Source: Alphaproteobacteria bacterium (GTDB lineage: Bacteria > Pseudomonadota > Alphaproteobacteria > GCA-2731375). Taken from it: DNA of 64,000 bases. A program made the position numbers and the translations under genes. The notes beneath the pieces were generated by a model that saw only the letters and a program-made list of their open reading frames with translations, was not told the origin of the DNA and made no database searches. The stretch lies in contig CBDDPY010000002.1 of NCBI GenBank assembly GCA_965232515.1, forward strand, positions 3,488,001-3,552,000, given 5' to 3'. Shown in pieces: positions 59,887 through 64,000 of this stretch. Numbering within the stretch: position 1 is the stretch's first letter; every line of letters begins with the position of its first letter.

Positions 59887-60210
59887 ATGCTGCTCGACGT
59901 CCGTACCTATACCTGCCGGCCCGGTACCATCAAGCAACATCTGGCGCTATACGAGAAAATGGGCAAGGAGCCGCAGACGCGCCATCTGGGCCAGCCGCTC
60001 GCCTATATGGCCACCGAAACCGGCAATCCGAATCAGTACATCCACATCTGGGTGTATGAAAACGCCGGCGACCGCGAGGCCAAGCGCAACGCCATGTGGG
60101 CCGATCCGGACTGGCTCGCCTATACGCAGGAAAGCGCCAAGCTGGGCGCGCTCGTCGAGCAGGAAAACAAATTGATGAAGCCGGTCGACTTCTTTCCAGC
60201 CCCGCGCTGA
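59887..60210 (+). CDS. NIPSNAP family protein
   Basis: DVRTYTCRPG, ETGNPNQYIHIWVY, ADPDW, QENKLMKP. Confidence 0.88.
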   Translation: MLLDVRTYTCRPGTIKQHLALYEKMGKEPQTRHLGQPLAYMATETGNPNQYIHIWVYENAGDREAKRNAMWADPDWLAYTQESAKLGALVEQENKLMKPVDFFPAPR

Positions 60211-60298
60211 ACGACGATCAACCGCGACGCTTCCGCGACGGCGGTCGCCAATATGGCCGCCGTCGCTGAACCCGCCCCTTTTCGCACCGCATACCGAC

Positions 60299-60775
60299 TT
60301 GTCGACGAAATCACCCCACACGGACGAGAATCCGCTCCGGATCGACGACTCGCCGTTTTTTCAGCTCATGCGCGTCGTCAATCTGACGGCGAAGCCGTTC
60401 TTCACCAGGTTCGGCAAGGACCATGACCTGTCGATCAACGAATGGCGGGTGCTGATCGCGCTGGCCAACCGCGGTTCGATGGCGGCACACGAAATCTCGG
60501 CGCTGACCGGCATGGACAAAATGAACGTCAGCCGCGCCGTGCGCCGGCTGGCGGCGAAGGACCGCCTCGCACGCACGGCCGATACGCAGGACCGGCGACG
60601 GACGCTGTGCAGCCTGACGGACGAAGGCCGGCGCGTCTATATGGCGATCGCGCCGAACGCCAAACGGCGGGTGACGGCCCTGTTCGCCGGCCTGAGCACG
60701 GCCGAATCCGAAACCTTGTCCCGCCTGCTGGCGAAACTGGAACGCACCGCCGAGGGCTTGGGCCCCAACGATTGA
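60299..60775 (+). CDS. MarR family transcriptional regulator
   Basis: LSINEWRVL, MDKMNVSRAV, DRRRTLCSLTDEG. Confidence 0.9.
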   Translation: MSTKSPHTDENPLRIDDSPFFQLMRVVNLTAKPFFTRFGKDHDLSINEWRVLIALANRGSMAAHEISALTGMDKMNVSRAVRRLAAKDRLARTADTQDRRRTLCSLTDEGRRVYMAIAPNAKRRVTALFAGLSTAESETLSRLLAKLERTAEGLGPND

Positions 60776-60781
60776 ACCGGA

Positions 60782-61570
60782 CTAGAAGCCGTAGAGGTCC
60801 GGCAGGGCGGCGTCCCCCCATTCCACCGGCCCTTCCGCCCAGGCCAGCAGGTAGCAGCCGGCCCGGCTGCGCGCGGCGACGTGGTCGCCGGGCCCGGCGG
60901 TGACGAAGCAGTCGGCGTGCGCCGTCGCGTCCCCGACCTCGATGTCTCCGGCCAGCACGAACCAATCGACCACGGCGCTGTTGCGGTGCGCGGGAACCTC
61001 GGCGCCAGGCTGCAAGCGCAGCGTCACGAACCGATGGTCTGTCTCGGCCGGCGCGTAGTCGAAGATCGTCTGCCGGCTGACGCGGGGGACCGAGGTCGGA
61101 ATCTCGCGCAGATCGGCGACGGTCACGTTGATGTCAGGCCGGATTTCCGGGCTGATCTCCTGGAACGCCGACCGGGTGGCGCCGGTATGCAGCTGATGCA
61201 GCGTTTCGGCGTCTTCCGGATAGATCACCGGCGCCTCCAGCCGCGCGGCCAGCAGGCAGCCGTCGTAGGACACCGCGTCGTGGGTGTCGCCGCGCAGATT
61301 GATGCCGGCCTGGCCCTGCACCGCCGAGTCGCCGAAATCCGTCAGCGATCCGGAGAGGAAATAGCTGATCGCGACACCCTGGTGCTGGTGCAGGCCCGAC
61401 CGGACTTCCGGATCGAACCGGATCAGGCCGAGATACTTGCCGCGCTCCGTATCGGCGTAGACGACCTTCTGATAGAGACCCGACTTGCCGGCCTCGGCCC
61501 AGGGCATGGACGCCATGTCATGGATCACCGGCGCGCCGTCCGTCCGAGGCCATATCACGGATTGCGTCAT
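60782..61570 (-). CDS. Tandem cupin (ChrR-like) protein, possible dioxygenase
   Basis: HQHQG...LSGSL...GDTH in the first domain and AHRN...VLAGD...GDH in the second; AAGGAGG RBS. Confidence 0.7.
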   Translation of the reverse strand: MTQSVIWPRTDGAPVIHDMASMPWAEAGKSGLYQKVVYADTERGKYLGLIRFDPEVRSGLHQHQGVAISYFLSGSLTDFGDSAVQGQAGINLRGDTHDAVSYDGCLLAARLEAPVIYPEDAETLHQLHTGATRSAFQEISPEIRPDINVTVADLREIPTSVPRVSRQTIFDYAPAETDHRFVTLRLQPGAEVPAHRNSAVVDWFVLAGDIEVGDATAHADCFVTAGPGDHVAARSRAGCYLLAWAEGPVEWGDAALPDLYGF

Positions 61571-61605
61571 GGGCCCTCCTTCCGTGTCGCTGCGCCCGAG
61601 CCTGC

Positions 61606-61642
61606 TTGACAGGCGCGGTGACAATAGTAACAATTGTTACTA
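61606..61642 (+). promoter_or_regulatory. Sigma70-type -35 (TTGACA) and 18-bp perfect palindrome operator
   Basis: TTGACA at 61606-61611; TAGTAACAATTGTTACTA at 61625-61642, between the divergent cupin and dctP genes. Confidence 0.7.
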
Positions 61643-61718
61643 ATTAACATAGCGCGTGACGAACCGGTCCGGCAAGTAGAACACGCCGGCCGACATAGGG
61701 GACACTGGGGAGACGTCG

Positions 61719-62714
61719 ATGACCATCAGGAAATCCGCCTTGGGCTTGGCCGCGTTGGCCATGTCCGCAAGTCTGAGCTTGCCCGCGCAGGGAGCCGACG
61801 TGACGTTGAAGCTGGCGCACGTGGCGCCGCCGACGAGTTCGTTCCAGATCGCCGCCGAGAGCTTCGCCGGCCATCTCGACCGGCTGTCGGGCAGCAGCAT
61901 GGCCGTCGATATCGTGCCCGGCGGCGCGCTCGGCAACGTGCCGCAACTCTGGGCCCAGTTGCGGGCCGGCAGCCTGGATCTGCATCTGATGGATATCGGC
62001 GGCGTCATCGCCATCAAGGAAGCGCGGCATTTCTTCATCGTCTTCGCGCCCTATCTGTTCCGCGACCAGGACCACTGGCGCAGGTTCGTGGCCAGCGACA
62101 CCTTCGCCGGCATGATGGCGAAGGCGGAGGACGCCATCGGCTTCAAGTATCTCGGCTATGTCGGCGACCGTTCCCCCCGGGCGCTCTCGACCAAGGGTAA
62201 GGCCGTTCGCACGCCCGACGACATCAAGGGCATGAAGATCCGCACGCCGCTGATTCCGGCGATCACCAAGACCTTCGAGGTCTGGGGCGCCAATCCGACG
62301 CCGATCAAGGCGGCCGAGCTCTACACCGCGCTGCAGACCGGCCTGGTCGATGGCCAGGACAACGGCATCTTCGACGTCGTCGCCGCCGGCTATACCGAGG
62401 TGCAGGACTACTTCACGCCGCTCGACTATCTGCATTCCGGCATGGGCGTCTGGATGAGCGGCGCGAAATGGCAGTCGCTCACCGAACAGCAGCAACAGTG
62501 GGTGCGGCAGGCGGCCGACGCCGCCTATGCCGACGCCAGGGCGGTCTACGACAAGGAGCTGAAGGAAGCCTTCGCCGCGGCCAAGGACAAGGGCCTGACC
62601 ATCGTCGAGCCCGATGTCGCCGCCTTCCGCGCCGCCTCCCGGCCGGTGATCGAGGGCATGGACGGCAAGGCCTGGCCCGCCGGCATGTACGACGACATCA
62701 ACGGCATGAAGTAG
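61719..62714 (+). CDS. dctP: TRAP transporter substrate-binding protein DctP
   Basis: Signal peptide; GGALG, GMKIRTP, GANPTPI..AELYTALQTGLVDGQDN. Confidence 0.93.
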   Translation: MTIRKSALGLAALAMSASLSLPAQGADVTLKLAHVAPPTSSFQIAAESFAGHLDRLSGSSMAVDIVPGGALGNVPQLWAQLRAGSLDLHLMDIGGVIAIKEARHFFIVFAPYLFRDQDHWRRFVASDTFAGMMAKAEDAIGFKYLGYVGDRSPRALSTKGKAVRTPDDIKGMKIRTPLIPAITKTFEVWGANPTPIKAAELYTALQTGLVDGQDNGIFDVVAAGYTEVQDYFTPLDYLHSGMGVWMSGAKWQSLTEQQQQWVRQAADAAYADARAVYDKELKEAFAAAKDKGLTIVEPDVAAFRAASRPVIEGMDGKAWPAGMYDDINGMK

Positions 62715-62739
62715 CGCCGACGAAGGTTAAGCTTCGCCG

Positions 62740-63225
62740 ATGCGGGCGGAGACGGTTCGTAACTATCTGACGCGCGGCCTGACGCCGCTGATTGGTGCGT
62801 CGCTGCTGGTCATGCTGCTGCTGGCCTTCACCCAGGTCGTGCTGCGCTATGCGTTTGCCGCGTCGCTGCTCTGGGTCGAAGAAGTCTCGGTGATGCTGCT
62901 GAGCTGGATGGCCTGGCTCGGCGCCATCCAGCTCTGGCTCGACCGGGGACACCTGCTCGTCGATCTGTTGCCTAAAGAGCGCGCGGCCGGCCTGCGAAAC
63001 GCCATCGCCATTGGCGTCAATGCACTTGCGATCGTGGGCGGCATCGCGCTCGCCATCGTCTCCATGGAAACGCTCACCGCTTTCGGCGGCATCGAGATGG
63101 GCAGCCTGGAGATCGACGCGTCGATCAAATACTACCCCGTGGTGGCCGGCGGCATTGGTCTGGCGGCGGCCGGTGGCATCGAGCTCTGGCGCCTGCTGAG
63201 CCGCGCGGACAACGGCGCGCCATGA
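62740..63225 (+). CDS. dctQ: TRAP transporter small permease DctQ
   Basis: Four TM helices; QVVLRY, WVEEVS, HLLVD. Confidence 0.9.
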   Translation: MRAETVRNYLTRGLTPLIGASLLVMLLLAFTQVVLRYAFAASLLWVEEVSVMLLSWMAWLGAIQLWLDRGHLLVDLLPKERAAGLRNAIAIGVNALAIVGGIALAIVSMETLTAFGGIEMGSLEIDASIKYYPVVAGGIGLAAAGGIELWRLLSRADNGAP

Positions 63226-64000
63226 TCGCCGAGCTCACTGTCCTGTTCGGCGTCATGCTGCTGGGCCTCGGCCTTGGCGTGCCGGTGTTCTTCGCCATGG
63301 GTCTCGCCAGCGCCGCCTATGCGCTGGTCTTCTGGCCCAAGCTGCCGGTGATGGTCATCGGCCAGGGCTTTGTGCAGGGCCTCGACAGTTACAACTACGC
63401 CGCCATCGCGTTCTTTTTCCTGGCCGGCGAGATCATGAATACCGGCGGCATCAGCCGGCGGCTGCTGGACCTCGCCCGCGCCGCCGTCGGCCACATCCGC
63501 GGCGGCCTCAGCCACGTGAATATCCTCGCCAGCATGGTGTTCGCCGGCGTCTCCGGCTCGGCCGTGGCCGACGCGTCTGCCATCGGCTCGGTCATGGTGC
63601 CGGCGATGCGGCGCGAGGGCTACACGCCGGCCTACGCCGCCGCGGTGACGGCGGCGTCCGCCACCATCGGCCCGGTGATCCCGCCGTCGATCCCGTTGGT
63701 GGTGTTCGGCCTGTTCGCCGGCGCCTCGATCGGCAAGCTGTTCCTGGCCGGCGTCATCCCAGGCCTGCTGATGGGCGCGTTCCTGCTGGCGGCGTCATAT
63801 CTGATCAGCCTGCGCCGCGGCTATCCGTCGACCGCATGGCAGGGCTGGCGGCGTCTTCTGCGGACCGCCGGCAACGCGTTGCTGGCTCTGCTGATGCCGG
63901 TGATCGTCGTGGTCGGCCTGGTCGGCGGCATCGCCACGACGACGGAACTGGGGGCCGTCGCCGCGGTCTACGCCATCGTCGTCAGCGTCGGCCTCTACCG
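63222..64000 (+). CDS. dctM: TRAP transporter large permease DctM (runs off the window)
   Basis: FFFLAGEIMNTGG, GHIRGGLSHV, GVSGSAVADA, GPVIPPSIP. Confidence 0.92.
   Translation, partial: MIAELTVLFGVMLLGLGLGVPVFFAMGLASAAYALVFWPKLPVMVIGQGFVQGLDSYNYAAIAFFFLAGEIMNTGGISRRLLDLARAAVGHIRGGLSHVNILASMVFAGVSGSAVADASAIGSVMVPAMRREGYTPAYAAAVTAASATIGPVIPPSIPLVVFGLFAGASIGKLFLAGVIPGLLMGAFLLAASYLISLRRGYPSTAWQGWRRLLRTAGNALLALLMPVIVVVGLVGGIATTTELGAVAAVYAIVVSVGLY

Overview
GC-rich alphaproteobacterial chromosome segment. A conserved housekeeping block (tRNA-Phe, yacG, RNase G/E, maf, infA, LMW-PTP, UPF0262, hisD, hisG, DUF2948, murA, tRNA-Thr) is followed by a decayed islet downstream of tRNA-Thr. Two loci stand out. 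(1) A Ro60/TROVE (rsr) gene is preceded by four tandem Y-RNA-like elements. They share a closing stem but carry different central domains: one is a tRNA-mimic YrlA, two share a non-tRNA fold and one is minimal. A 38-aa ORF sits inside this array. (2) A Dlt-like operon (SGNH/DltD-like protein, MBOAT with a C-terminal FIYYQF motif, seryl-tRNA-synthetase-like amino acid:carrier-protein ligase, carrier protein) suggests tRNA-independent aminoacylation of a cell-envelope polymer. The rest holds a signalling cluster (PAS/Cache histidine kinases, receiver, PilZ, acidic PopZ-like protein), metabolic and transport genes (pyrD, class I lysS, DinG, CobW, peroxiredoxin, trpE(G), TRAP) and palindromic REP-like repeats. 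All calls come from reading motifs by eye; no database searches or folding computations were run.
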